IMG/VR virus record: IMGVR_UViG_3300027967_000093
Length of the DNA: 64,000 nt
Strand: one strand, 5' to 3'
Origin: a virus
Positions 1-9,060 of this stretch are shown one piece after another. The notes under the pieces are model-generated. The model was not told the DNA's origin. It worked only from the letters and a program-made list of their open reading frames with translations, and made no database searches. The position numbers and the translations under genes are program-made. Each line of letters opens with the position of its first letter. Position 1 is the first letter of the stretch.

Positions 1-2
1 CA

Positions 3-656
3 AGTATTCGTAAGACAGATTCGCAAGTCAGTCCAATATTCTTTGGTGCGACAGTACCAGATACAATTGATAAACACTTAAAGAATGAATTTAATTATTA
101 TGATTCGACTAAGTGGAAGTGGTCATGGCCAACTGACCCAAGTCAGAATGGTCTTGATTTGAAAACAGGATTGTATAAGTTCTGCTACGAAGCGGCAGAC
201 CAACAAAAGAAACTTGCATGTACTTTATCTCATATGAGACTATGGGATAAGTGTGTTACTGATAACAAACCTATTCTTATTCTTGAAGCAGATGCACTAT
301 TCACACGTCAGTTCAATCTTGACGAGGTAAGGGGTACAGTCATTTGTGGATTGAATGACCCTCATAAAGCAACAAGACGTGCAAAGATATTTCATTCCAA
401 AGCAAGAGAGAAACATGGCATTCAATCAGTACCGACAGTGAATGGTATCGGTGAACCTCCAGTACCTCAAGGTATCGCAGGGAACAGTGCATACTATATA
501 ACACCAGAGGGAGCGAAAGCATTACTTGACTTTGTTTCAATTCACGGTGCATGGCCAAATGATGCATTAATGTGTAAAGAGATGTTCCCACAATTACGAA
601 TAGTTTATCCTTACTTCACAAGAGTGCAGGGTACAGAATCAACAACAACGAGGTAG
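3..656 (+). CDS. Glycosyltransferase family 25-like (5' partial; frame open to window start)
   Basis: ACTLSH..LW..C.....PILILEADA and AYYITPEGAKALL....PND motifs typical of GT25/LgtB; no stop upstream of 159 in this frame. Confidence 0.75.
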   Translation, partial: SIRKTDSQVSPIFFGATVPDTIDKHLKNEFNYYDSTKWKWSWPTDPSQNGLDLKTGLYKFCYEAADQQKKLACTLSHMRLWDKCVTDNKPILILEADALFTRQFNLDEVRGTVICGLNDPHKATRRAKIFHSKAREKHGIQSVPTVNGIGEPPVPQGIAGNSAYYITPEGAKALLDFVSIHGAWPNDALMCKEMFPQLRIVYPYFTRVQGTESTTTR

Positions 657-659
657 ATA

Positions 660-917
660 ATGAAAGTATTGCATGATTATGTCCTAGTGACCGAAGACAG
701 TAAAAAAGAAAAGACGACCGAGTTTGGATTAATCCTATCGTCTGATATTGAGACCGGAATGAAACCCGCAGTGGTAATTGCATTTGGTGACCAAGTAGAA
801 GGTCTTTCTCCCGAGAACAAAGTATACTTGGATTGGAAAGAAGCAATGCCTGTCGAACTAGATGGATTGAAGTGCGGTGTCATTAAGTTCGAACATATTA
901 AATTAATCGTGGACTAA
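660..917 (+). CDS. groES: Co-chaperonin GroES-like
   Basis: MKVLHDYVLV...EKTTEFGLIL...AVVIAFG motif, 85 aa, GAGG RBS. Confidence 0.8.
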   Translation: MKVLHDYVLVTEDSKKEKTTEFGLILSSDIETGMKPAVVIAFGDQVEGLSPENKVYLDWKEAMPVELDGLKCGVIKFEHIKLIVD

Positions 918-918
918 T

Positions 919-1572
919 ATGAAATCTTTTGTTATTACGATTGAAGACAATCACCTATCCCAACAAGCTGCGGATAGGTGTATTGCAAGTGCCAAACGAT
1001 ACGGTATCAAGGTAGAGAAGTTTCCGGCAATCACTCCTAGACATCCAGACTTCGAGTCTATGGTCAAGGATGCGGGTCTTCAAGTTCATATGTTTCAGGG
1101 TGGTTATTCTAAGACCGAGAATGCACTTGCGTGTTTCCTTTCACATATGTCACTATGGAAGTATTCAGTCGAGACCAAACAAGATGTGATGATATTAGAA
1201 CACGATGCAATATTCACTGGTCGTGTTCCGGTATTGTTTGGATTCCATAAGTGTGTTACAATTGGACAACCTAGTTACGGTAAGTTTAAGACACCGATGA
1301 CACTAGGTACGTCTCCGTTAGTACAGGCAGATTACTTTAAGGGTGCACACTCTTATATCGTCAGACCTTCTGGTGCAGAAGAGTTTCTGGAAAAGGTCTC
1401 TGACTATTCCCGACCCACCGATATCTATCTTAATCTAATGAACTTCCCTTGGTTAGAAGAGTATTACCCATGGCCTGTAGTGGTAGATGATTCGTTCAGT
1501 ACTATTCAGAATCAGCAAGGGTGTCTCGCAAAACACAACTATGGAAAAGGGATACACTTGGTAGAAGCATGA
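919..1572 (+). CDS. Glycosyltransferase family 25-like
   Basis: SFVITI, ACFLSHMSLW, MILEHDA, GAHSYIVRPSGA, PTD motifs. Confidence 0.8.
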   Translation: MKSFVITIEDNHLSQQAADRCIASAKRYGIKVEKFPAITPRHPDFESMVKDAGLQVHMFQGGYSKTENALACFLSHMSLWKYSVETKQDVMILEHDAIFTGRVPVLFGFHKCVTIGQPSYGKFKTPMTLGTSPLVQADYFKGAHSYIVRPSGAEEFLEKVSDYSRPTDIYLNLMNFPWLEEYYPWPVVVDDSFSTIQNQQGCLAKHNYGKGIHLVEA

Positions 1573-2282
1573 TTAACTTAATTACTGTATGTACAGATCA
1601 ATACCCCATGGAGTATGCCCGTAAGTTGATTACTCGATTCAAAGAGTTAACCAACTATGAAGTAACTTCGTGGTGTATTACCGACCGACCAGATGAGATT
1701 TCGGATATTGCGAATACCATCGAACCACCGTTTGGTTCAGGTAAAGGTTGGTGGAACAAGATGAAAGCATACGATTCATTCTACGAAGGGTATGCTGTCT
1801 ACCTTGATATCGACACTGTTCTAATCAAGAACTTCGATGATGAGATACGAGAGGCAATCCTTGCACTAGAGAGTGAGGTTGTTAAGGTCGCATGTGTGTC
1901 TGATGCGATTGGATGGAAGAACAATAAATACAGTTCTTCTATGATGGTTCTGAAGAGTGGTAAGATGCAGGAAGTATTCGACCTATTCTCGTTAGAAAGT
2001 TGGAAACTGTTTAACTATGATGGTGGTGACCAAGTATGGACGGGTCGTCTACTTAACGAGTGGAAGGCAGGTGGTTACTCCGAGATTTATTACATGGACG
2101 AAGAGTTCAACCAAAACCTTAAGCTCAATCTTAAATTCCATCTGGGGAGTAAGGTATTGGGTAATTGGATATTCCCTAAGTATATCCCAAGTGGATGTAA
2201 AATTGTAGATTGTGGAGGTAGACCTAAACCACATGATTTGGAATACTTACCGTATATAAAAAAGGCGTGGCACGATGTTTAG
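1569..2282 (+). CDS. GT-A fold glycosyltransferase-like (GT8-like)
   Basis: GWWNKM, VYLDIDTV (DxD), SSSMM, GGDQ and GRPKPH motifs; ATG at 1569 overlaps previous stop (ATGA). Confidence 0.65.
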   Translation: MINLITVCTDQYPMEYARKLITRFKELTNYEVTSWCITDRPDEISDIANTIEPPFGSGKGWWNKMKAYDSFYEGYAVYLDIDTVLIKNFDDEIREAILALESEVVKVACVSDAIGWKNNKYSSSMMVLKSGKMQEVFDLFSLESWKLFNYDGGDQVWTGRLLNEWKAGGYSEIYYMDEEFNQNLKLNLKFHLGSKVLGNWIFPKYIPSGCKIVDCGGRPKPHDLEYLPYIKKAWHDV

Positions 2283-2670
2283 TAAAATATTATTAGGAGT
2301 GGTACTTTGTATGGGTATCACTTTTGCAGGATTCTATCAGTTAATACACAAACCTTTGTTGGGTCAAGTTGCACAACAACAGGTACTTCTTGCGGCACAA
2401 GAGTTGCGTGAACAGGAACAAGTAAAGACGATAGAAGCGTTACAGAATAACCTACAGAAGACTTCCGAAGCATTGAATGCGATGTCCTCTCGTAATGCAG
2501 AGATTGAGGCAGAGTCTAAACGATACCTTGCAATCTTTGCACGACATAACCTATCACGACTTGCAGCTGCAAAACCGACTCTGATAGAAACAAGAATCAA
2601 CCGAGGAACTAAAGATGTATTCGACAGTATCGAAAACGACACTGCTGTTATTGATAACACTGATAAGTAG
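2275..2670 (+). CDS. Inner-membrane spanin (Rz/PseT.3-like)
   Basis: N-terminal TM helix then coiled coil; overlaps downstream lipoprotein gene. Confidence 0.65.
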   Translation: MFSKILLGVVLCMGITFAGFYQLIHKPLLGQVAQQQVLLAAQELREQEQVKTIEALQNNLQKTSEALNAMSSRNAEIEAESKRYLAIFARHNLSRLAAAKPTLIETRINRGTKDVFDSIENDTAVIDNTDK

Positions 2671-3031
2671 TGGTTGTACAACACTAGGTAACTGGGGTAA
2701 AGTACCAGAACCTATACCAGTAGAGATTAAGACAGTAGAGATAAAGGTTCCTATTATCCATCCTGCAATGCCTAGACAGATTGACCTCAAAGACCCTCAG
2801 TGGTATGTGGTCAGTGACAAGAACATTGACACTTTTCTAGAGGATATTGCGAAACGACACGAAGGTCAGTTGGTCTTTATTGCAATGTCGGTAGGTGATT
2901 ATGAGTTGATGTCATATAACATGCAGGAAATAAAACGATATATAAATCAACTAAAAGAAGTTGTGATATACTATCGCACTATGAATACAGATGAACCAGA
3001 GGTTGTAGAGAATGAGAAAACAGATAATTGA
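2615..3031 (+). CDS. Outer-membrane lipoprotein spanin (Rz1/PseT.2-like)
   Basis: Signal peptide with lipobox LLITLISSG-C, Pro-rich segment, overlap with i-spanin. Confidence 0.65.
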   Translation: MYSTVSKTTLLLLITLISSGCTTLGNWGKVPEPIPVEIKTVEIKVPIIHPAMPRQIDLKDPQWYVVSDKNIDTFLEDIAKRHEGQLVFIAMSVGDYELMSYNMQEIKRYINQLKEVVIYYRTMNTDEPEVVENEKTDN

Positions 3032-3209
3032 GTCGTTGACATCCCATGCGGTGGGTAAAATCAACAAACATAAAATGAACGTTGAAGTTTACTTGACCAA
3101 TCCTGCGGGTATTGGTGAACATCCTGATGTGATGGAAGCTATAGAACACGAGTTGAAGATTATTGCAGACTACCATGAACAGTTAGAGATTTTGGAGAGG
3201 TATTTTTAA
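3012..3209 (+). CDS. Conserved small hypothetical protein of marine T4-like phages
   Basis: NVEVYLTNPAGIGEHPDV motif; translationally coupled to neighbours. Confidence 0.6.
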   Translation: MRKQIIESLTSHAVGKINKHKMNVEVYLTNPAGIGEHPDVMEAIEHELKIIADYHEQLEILERYF

Positions 3210-3637
3210 TGTATGAATATTCTTGCAAAATCATTAGAGTTGTTGATGGTGATACTGTGGATGTCGATATTGATCTTGGTTTCGGTATCATTTATGCTAA
3301 TCAGCGTATTCGCCTATACGGTATTGATACTCCCGAGTCTCGTACTCGCGACCTTACAGAGAAAAAGTTTGGTAAACTCGCCTCCAGATTCCTTGCGGAC
3401 TCACTGGGAGAAACATGTGTCCTCCGTACAAGACTCGACAGTAAAGGAAAGTACGGACGCATCCTCGGAGAGTTCCTCGTCTATGACGCAGAAACCGACC
3501 GACAAATGACTGTCAATCAGATTATGATTCGTGAACATCTTGCGGTTGCATACCACGGTCAGTCCAAGGATGATGTTGAAGAAGAACATTTACGTAATCG
3601 CGAATTATTATTGAGTGAAGGTAAGTACGAAATATGA
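3209..3637 (+). CDS. Thermonuclease (SNase-like) nuclease
   Basis: RVVDGDTVDV, RIRLYGIDTPE, GKYGRILG motifs. Confidence 0.85.
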   Translation: MYEYSCKIIRVVDGDTVDVDIDLGFGIIYANQRIRLYGIDTPESRTRDLTEKKFGKLASRFLADSLGETCVLRTRLDSKGKYGRILGEFLVYDAETDRQMTVNQIMIREHLAVAYHGQSKDDVEEEHLRNRELLLSEGKYEI

Positions 3638-4266
3638 GATGGAATGTCTTAGGTAATGGTGACCACGCACATATGTTTAAACGTGGTACCGCAGGTAAGT
3701 TACTAATATGTAATATGCCTCCATTCGAGGTACCGAACAATGAAGTGTTTGCTACCTGTATGGTTGATTATAAAATGATGATGGCACTTGCCCAAGGTCA
3801 AATCAAACTAGACATGTATGATTGGATTCTTGGTACCCGCCCCCGTCACTGGATGGAGATGAATCCTACGTTCTATCTGAAGTACGCACCTAAGATAAAG
3901 GCGATGCATACCCACATACCCCAATACGCACAACTCCCTGGCCATAATGCAGCGCAAGCAGCAACCAACTACTCGTGTGGTCATATGGCAGTGGATTATG
4001 CGTGTCGTGTACAGAAGGCGACTGAAGTCCACATCTACGGATTCGACTCGATGTTTGATACCAGTCTCCGTAGTTATACCGACCTGTTATTAGAGTCTGA
4101 CCGTAGTTCACAGAACACACATCGTCTCGCAAACAACTGGAGACCAATCTGGACTAAGATGTTCGAAGAGTTTGCCAACACCAAGTTTTTCCTGTATCAT
4201 AGTCATGATAAAGTCAAGTTTCCTATTGGAGACAATGTTAATATAATTGTAACGGAGAAGAAATAA
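3634..4266 (+). CDS. Sialyltransferase/Maf-like (CstII-type GT-A) protein
   Basis: VLGNG..., ICN, SCGHMA...EVHIYGFD resemble CstII IAGNGPS / RCN / TSGVYM...EIYLSGID. Confidence 0.45.
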   Translation: MRWNVLGNGDHAHMFKRGTAGKLLICNMPPFEVPNNEVFATCMVDYKMMMALAQGQIKLDMYDWILGTRPRHWMEMNPTFYLKYAPKIKAMHTHIPQYAQLPGHNAAQAATNYSCGHMAVDYACRVQKATEVHIYGFDSMFDTSLRSYTDLLLESDRSSQNTHRLANNWRPIWTKMFEEFANTKFFLYHSHDKVKFPIGDNVNIIVTEKK

Positions 4267-4415
4267 TGCCTACTTTAGATGATGTAAAAGTTGTATTGGA
4301 AAAGTTTGGTGGATTTATAAGTGACACTGCATACGATTTTAAACAATGCTGGTCAGTATATCCTAATGTATTAATTTGGTGTGGTGTCGCAATCTTAATT
4401 GCTTATTTTGTATAA
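4266..4415 (+). CDS. Small membrane protein (49 aa, not in ORF track)
   Basis: ATG overlaps previous TAA; MPTLDDVKVVLEKFGG...VLIWCGVAILIAYFV with C-terminal hydrophobic helix. Confidence 0.5.
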   Translation: MPTLDDVKVVLEKFGGFISDTAYDFKQCWSVYPNVLIWCGVAILIAYFV

Positions 4416-4418
4416 ATA
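4411..4418 (+). promoter_or_regulatory. T4-type late promoter TATAAATA
   Basis: Exact consensus about 30 nt before ATG 4451. Confidence 0.75.
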
Positions 4419-4450
4419 GACTTATACAACAATTATTCAGGAATTATCAC

Positions 4451-5323
4451 ATGCAGTCATTCAACTCATTCTTAAAAGAAGAGGCATTCCTCGCAGAAGA
4501 GTCGAGTATACTTTTAGAGAAACTCATTACATTTGGTGGTGAGGCATATCCAAAGTTCGGTAACATTGTTATCATGGCCGGTGGTGCGGGTTCTGGTAAA
4601 GGGTTCATTCTGAGTAATCTGGTTGGTATCGAAGGAAAGACTTTCGATGTGGATGTACTGAAGACTCTTGCATCTAAGACTCCTGCTATTCAGAAACGAG
4701 TCAAGGATGAACTCGGTGTAGATATTCTTAAATTGTCACAGAACCTAAAAGACCCCGAGAACGTTGGTAAACTTCATGACATCATTGGTAACTACCTAAA
4801 GACTGATAAGAACAAAGAGAAGTTATTCTATCGTTCTGTATTGACCGCACCTGCTGACCGCAAACCAAACATCATCTTCGACATGACCTTCAAGGAATTG
4901 TCTAAGTTGGAGAAGGTTGCGAATGATGCGTCTAAGTTGGGTTACGACAAGAAGAACATCCATATCGTATGGGTTGTGAATGATATCGAAGTTGCGAAGG
5001 CACAGAACTTAAAACGTGCACGTGTTGTACCTACCGAGATTCTTGTTAACACTCACCGTGGTGCGGCTAATACTATGGGTGACATCATCAACATGGGTAA
5101 CAAACTCAAGAAGTATATGGATGGGGACATCGTGTTCGCATTCAACAAAGTTGGTGTAGATGCGAGTCTAGCTAAGTCTGGTAAGGGTGGTTCATACGTC
5201 AAAGACGCAAACTACTTCTATGTCAAGAGAGCAGGTAAGTCACCTACTCCCGTTGACAAACTAGATAAAGAGATTCGTTCTAAGATTGCAGGTTACGTAC
5301 CTAAGAACGTAGACTGGAATTAA
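4451..5323 (+). CDS. P-loop kinase (zeta-toxin/AAA_33-like) with capsid-targeting-like N-terminus
   Basis: Walker A GGAGSGKG, IIFD Walker B-like, KRARVVP lid; start MQSFNSFLKEE after AGGA RBS. Confidence 0.6.
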   Translation: MQSFNSFLKEEAFLAEESSILLEKLITFGGEAYPKFGNIVIMAGGAGSGKGFILSNLVGIEGKTFDVDVLKTLASKTPAIQKRVKDELGVDILKLSQNLKDPENVGKLHDIIGNYLKTDKNKEKLFYRSVLTAPADRKPNIIFDMTFKELSKLEKVANDASKLGYDKKNIHIVWVVNDIEVAKAQNLKRARVVPTEILVNTHRGAANTMGDIINMGNKLKKYMDGDIVFAFNKVGVDASLAKSGKGGSYVKDANYFYVKRAGKSPTPVDKLDKEIRSKIAGYVPKNVDWN

Positions 5324-6198
5324 GTCTTATATGAACTTATCGTGCCATCCAATATTGCATATTCGGTGGCACGGTCTTCATCTCCACTCTCTCTGAACTT
5401 ATCATCCCAAATACTTCTGGTAACAAACACTTCATTAAGATGTTCTTCGTTACTCTGTACGGCACCCTGAATATACTTGGATGCGTCTGGGTCTTGATAA
5501 CATAAGTCGATAAACTCAAAGTCTTTCGTGCAGTACGGTGCAAACACCGACTTCACATGGTGTAAAGAAAAGGACGTGTCTTCGGTCTCTTTGGGTACAC
5601 CCGCAAAGACAACTGCATCGTACTTGGTATCAGTCGGGATATCTATATCGATAGACCTACCATGTTTGTACTGTTGACTGCACGGAACCAAGTCTATCTC
5701 ATATCTCTTATAGATTGCATTCATCAACTTACGGTGACGAGACTCTGGTGGTACTAGGGTGTGCATTTCAAAGTTTGTGTATCCGTATGCCATACGTACA
5801 ATAGGAAGAAACTGCAACCATACATTGGGGTCTACCATGGTAGTCTTCAAAGAATGGTATGACGGGGTAGGATAGATGTTCCGGTCAGACTTTCTGTCCA
5901 TGACCCAACTCTTCTGACCTGAGTTGTAGTGACCCACGAATAGGATTTTCTTGTATCCTTTCAAAGACAGATAATTAAGAACCATAGGACAATAGTTAAA
6001 GACATCATTAACGGTGTGACAATGTTGGTCTTTCCAACGTAAGTCAATCTCGTTCTTCTTTATCTCACCAGTCATTAGGTAGTTAAGTTTACCCCACTGG
6101 TTCTTCTTGTGTTCCTTATGGACATAGGTTCCGGTTGAACTGTTATTATCGTCCCTAGGAGTTTTTATTGTCAGTTCATTTACTGGTCTGTAGAACAT
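5320..6198 (-). CDS. Hypothetical protein (possible Rossmann-like fold)
   Basis: 292-aa ORF; KILFVGH and YDAVVFAG strands; downstream of late promoters. Confidence 0.55.
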   Translation of the reverse strand: MFYRPVNELTIKTPRDDNNSSTGTYVHKEHKKNQWGKLNYLMTGEIKKNEIDLRWKDQHCHTVNDVFNYCPMVLNYLSLKGYKKILFVGHYNSGQKSWVMDRKSDRNIYPTPSYHSLKTTMVDPNVWLQFLPIVRMAYGYTNFEMHTLVPPESRHRKLMNAIYKRYEIDLVPCSQQYKHGRSIDIDIPTDTKYDAVVFAGVPKETEDTSFSLHHVKSVFAPYCTKDFEFIDLCYQDPDASKYIQGAVQSNEEHLNEVFVTRSIWDDKFRESGDEDRATEYAILDGTISSYKT

Positions 6199-6201
6199 GG
6201 G

Positions 6202-6480
6202 TTACCCTTTATAAATTTTTTGGATGTGACTCTCGAACTGTTCAATCTTCGCCAGTCGGTTAGGCCACAGAATGTATTCCTTCTCAGGATTCTGTTTCAG
6301 ATTATTCAGTAGAGGTTGAATCGCATTATACAGAGAGTCCAATTGTTTCTGGACTTCGGTAGATGTAGTCGATACCTCGTTCGCAACCTGTTGCGCTTCC
6401 TGTACTGCTTCAAGTTCATTCTCGTCTACGAGGGTAAACCCGAAATCGAATAGTTCGTCACTCATATTTATACCTATCAT
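6202..6480 (-). CDS. Conserved hypothetical protein
   Basis: FDFGFTLVDE...LYNAIQPLLNNLKQNPEKEYILWPNR; start may be 6465. Confidence 0.6.
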   Translation of the reverse strand: MIGINMSDELFDFGFTLVDENELEAVQEAQQVANEVSTTSTEVQKQLDSLYNAIQPLLNNLKQNPEKEYILWPNRLAKIEQFESHIQKIYKG

Positions 6481-6493
6481 TTGTATTTTTCTT

Positions 6494-6501
6494 TATTTAT
6501 A
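6494..6501 (-). promoter_or_regulatory. Late promoter TATAAATA (second copy at 6465-6472)
   Basis: TATTTATA on + strand upstream of the minus-strand operon. Confidence 0.65.
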
Positions 6502-6503
6502 TG

Positions 6504-6532
6504 TTGCCAACTCCCTAGATATGAGGTACAAT
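6504..6532 (+). promoter_or_regulatory. Sigma70-type early promoter
   Basis: TTGCCA-17 bp-TACAAT, followed by GAGGAG RBS. Confidence 0.7.
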
Positions 6533-6556
6533 GTTTACATAACTGAGGAGAATATC

Positions 6557-6745
6557 ATGTCTGCAATAGGTACTTTAATATTAGAAGTTCAAGAGTTCGT
6601 AGACCCGTTGGTCTACATGGGTGCAACAAACGAAACTATTATGCAACAGTTCGATGAATTGTATTCTGGTCATCCACACTACCAGTATATGCGAAACATC
6701 ATCGAAACCCAAATAACAAGTCGACAATTTCTTAGGGAAGGTTAA
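6557..6745 (+). CDS. Small early hypothetical protein
   Basis: ATG after GAGGAG RBS; MSAIGTLILEVQE. Confidence 0.6.
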   Translation: MSAIGTLILEVQEFVDPLVYMGATNETIMQQFDELYSGHPHYQYMRNIIETQITSRQFLREG

Positions 6746-6746
6746 C

Positions 6747-6962
6747 ATGACAATTAACTATGAGAGACGAAATGCGGTGAATCGTACTCGTGAATTTTTG
6801 GTAGATTTAATGAATCCTAAGAAGACCCCCCGAGTACCTAAAGAAATAAGACAAGAAGCATATCGATGCTTGAAACATTATCCACGCGAGTACGATATCG
6901 AACGAGCGGCAGAACAGGCACCTGAAATATTTGGTGATTTTGAGTGGTATAAAGATGAGTAA
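6747..6962 (+). CDS. Small conserved protein (BPSL0761-like)
   Basis: ER..AV..TREFL.DL..P..TPRVPK.IR..A...LKHYP pattern. Confidence 0.55.
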   Translation: MTINYERRNAVNRTREFLVDLMNPKKTPRVPKEIRQEAYRCLKHYPREYDIERAAEQAPEIFGDFEWYKDE

Positions 6963-7134
6963 GTGGTGGAGGATATGGGCAAAGAGTTTAGGTGAAAAGG
7001 TCGGTGAGACTGATAAACAAGCCAATACTGTTGCCGGTATCAGGACTGTCTGGTGGATTACTCATATGGCGACTTGTATATTCATTATCCTTAATGCGAT
7101 AGCGAATCACGGTTGGGGTCTCATTGGATTATAG
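6955..7134 (+). CDS. Small membrane protein
   Basis: MSKWWRIWAKSLGEKVG...hydrophobic C-terminus. Confidence 0.55.
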   Translation: MSKWWRIWAKSLGEKVGETDKQANTVAGIRTVWWITHMATCIFIILNAIANHGWGLIGL

Positions 7135-7711
7135 TACCAAGGGTTGGGTTCACCTACCCAATATGGTACCCCAATCTCAGATAGACCGGATACGAGAAAT
7201 AGGTATTGGTCTGAGATTGAACGCTCGCAAATACTCTGATTGGGATGGCATACCATGTGCGTCCAGATTCTCAAAAGAATTGTACGATTTTTACATCTCC
7301 GATACAATGTACACAGTATCCCAAAAGTATTTGGGTAACACCGTATATCTTTTCAACGACCAGATAGTTGTCAAGTTACCCCATGACACTATGGAGTTCG
7401 AACCTCATTATGACAACCAGTATGGCCCGGACAGTAACAGAGAAAAACACACAATTAATGTAAGTGTTATCCTAGACGATTTCACCGATGATAATGGCAC
7501 CCTGTCACTGAAGAACCTAGATGATGGTCAATGGGTCACCATATACCCCAAGAAGGGTGATCTGGTGGTCATTGGAGGTAACACCTACCATAAGTCAGGC
7601 ATGAACCTGACCGACTCCCCAAGGGGTTTGTATGCGTGTGTATACACCGACACCCCCATTATCATGGAAAATTATTATCGTTCCATATTCGAAAAAGTTA
7701 TAAACATATAA
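7124..7711 (+). CDS. Phytanoyl-CoA dioxygenase-like 2OG-Fe(II) oxygenase
   Basis: HxD (PHYD), DDFTDDNGTL, KKGD.V, distal His (YHKSG.N...PR). Confidence 0.8.
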   Translation: MDYSTKGWVHLPNMVPQSQIDRIREIGIGLRLNARKYSDWDGIPCASRFSKELYDFYISDTMYTVSQKYLGNTVYLFNDQIVVKLPHDTMEFEPHYDNQYGPDSNREKHTINVSVILDDFTDDNGTLSLKNLDDGQWVTIYPKKGDLVVIGGNTYHKSGMNLTDSPRGLYACVYTDTPIIMENYYRSIFEKVINI

Positions 7712-7792
7712 CAAATTGTTCTAAAAATAAGTGAAATAGTTGTTGACGAGAACTGAAAATGTGTTATAATAGTACCTCATTAGACAGAGAGA
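7710..7792 (+). promoter_or_regulatory. Early promoter cassette copy 1
   Basis: A-rich UP-like block, TTGACG at 7743, extended TG-n-TATAAT at 7765; duplicated at 8161. Confidence 0.7.
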
Positions 7793-7797
7793 CAATT

Positions 7798-7959
7798 ATG
7801 AAATACGAAATCGGTCAAGAAGTTTGGGTCAAGTGTGTCGGTACTGATGATTGGGTTGCCGGTGTTGTCACTGGTTTGACTCCCAAACGTGTTCGAGTCT
7901 TCAACGAAGTTCGTGGTCTCGAAGGTCTTTACGCTCCCCAGAATGTCGAGGTGAAATAA
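7798..7959 (+). CDS. Small SH3-like early protein
   Basis: YEIGQEVWVK....WVAGVV.G.TPKRVRV beta-barrel pattern. Confidence 0.55.
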   Translation: MKYEIGQEVWVKCVGTDDWVAGVVTGLTPKRVRVFNEVRGLEGLYAPQNVEVK

Positions 7960-8144
7960 TGAAAGTTCAAGTAGGTGACAAAGTTTATTGTAATTGGGGT
8001 GCCATGCATCCTACCGAAGAACGCACTATCTTAAAGATTGAAGATGGTCGTATATGGTGTGACGGAGGTTTGACGATGCCAATCTCTCACTTGCGTGATA
8101 TGAATGAGAAGTACCTAAGTCCTATCGGTGTTTATCTGTTATAA
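7959..8144 (+). CDS. Small early hypothetical protein
   Basis: TAATG coupling, GAGG RBS; VGDKVYCNWGAMHP...SPIGVY. Confidence 0.55.
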   Translation: MKVQVGDKVYCNWGAMHPTEERTILKIEDGRIWCDGGLTMPISHLRDMNEKYLSPIGVYLL

Positions 8145-8160
8145 GGAGACATGTTCTTAG

Positions 8161-8245
8161 AACAAAATGTTCTAAAAATAAGTGAAATAAGTGTTGCATT
8201 CTTGTTCTAATAATGAGATAATAGTACCCTATTGAGATGAGAGAG
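8161..8245 (+). promoter_or_regulatory. Early promoter cassette copy 2
   Basis: Same upstream block as 7710; TTGCAT-17 bp-GATAAT then AGTACC. Confidence 0.65.
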
Positions 8246-8419
8246 AAGATGATTATGGAATTTGAAGTTGTAGATATTAACGAAGTGACTCATATGCGTC
8301 CAGGCTGGGATTTGGTCGAGTACGAAGACGGTACAGATCCTTTAGATGGGTTTGTCCTGTATGGATTTGATGAAGTTGGTCAGTTCTGTCGTGAACCCAA
8401 GTACGCCTTTATTAAATAA
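8237..8419 (+). CDS. Small acidic hypothetical protein
   Basis: ORF after promoter cassette; start may be 8249 or 8255. Confidence 0.5.
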   Translation: MREKMIMEFEVVDINEVTHMRPGWDLVEYEDGTDPLDGFVLYGFDEVGQFCREPKYAFIK

Positions 8420-8431
8420 GAGAGGTTGATT

Positions 8432-8599
8432 ATGGAATTGTTAACTAATATACTAACTTGGTTGTTGGTAGTTATTTTTGCGGTGTTTGTGGTCAGTGGT
8501 TCTCTGGCTGCGATGTATGAAAGAGACGAAATTCGAAAAGGTATGCGTGAAGGTAAAAACGACTACTACGGTAATAAAATTGAAGAGGAAAATGAATAA
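8432..8599 (+). CDS. Small membrane protein (55 aa, not in ORF track)
   Basis: GAGG RBS; MELLTNILTWLLVVIFAVFVVSGSLAAMY...; TAATG coupling to next gene. Confidence 0.55.
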   Translation: MELLTNILTWLLVVIFAVFVVSGSLAAMYERDEIRKGMREGKNDYYGNKIEEENE

Positions 8600-9060
8600 T
8601 GTTTGGTAATCGCACTGTTAATGTTGTATATGGTTCTACTGGCGAACGTTCTATGTTCATGGGAATGGACTTGACCTGTGATATGAAAGTCTCTCACGCA
8701 CTTGGTGAACGCCCTGTCATTGACAAAGAAATCGCCCATGAAAAAAAGGTATATCAAGTGTCGGAACTTCTTCGGGAGGTTTCAAAACCATCTAAACCAA
8801 AACTCAAGAAAGACCCAACGTGTTATGATATATCACGTTACGAAGAACAACTCGAAAAGTATACGGATAACATCAGGTTGTATTCTGACTCTGGTAAATA
8901 TAACTTGATTCTTCGAATGATGATGAATGACAATATCATCAAACATACCACCAAAGTCAAGGTTGGTTCGAACGGTCGTCTTCGTGAAGTCTATCTTGTG
9001 AAAGAAAAACAAGCGTACCGCATCTGGGGTAAGACTTACTATGGGTTGTATACACAATGA
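8599..9060 (+). CDS. Hypothetical protein
   Basis: 153-aa ORF with GAGG RBS. Confidence 0.55.
   Translation: MFGNRTVNVVYGSTGERSMFMGMDLTCDMKVSHALGERPVIDKEIAHEKKVYQVSELLREVSKPSKPKLKKDPTCYDISRYEEQLEKYTDNIRLYSDSGKYNLILRMMMNDNIIKHTTKVKVGSNGRLREVYLVKEKQAYRIWGKTYYGLYTQ

Noticed and set aside
4376-4450. Longer start for the P-loop kinase
   Set aside because: It lies upstream of the late promoter and overlaps a small ORF; ATG 4451 has an RBS.
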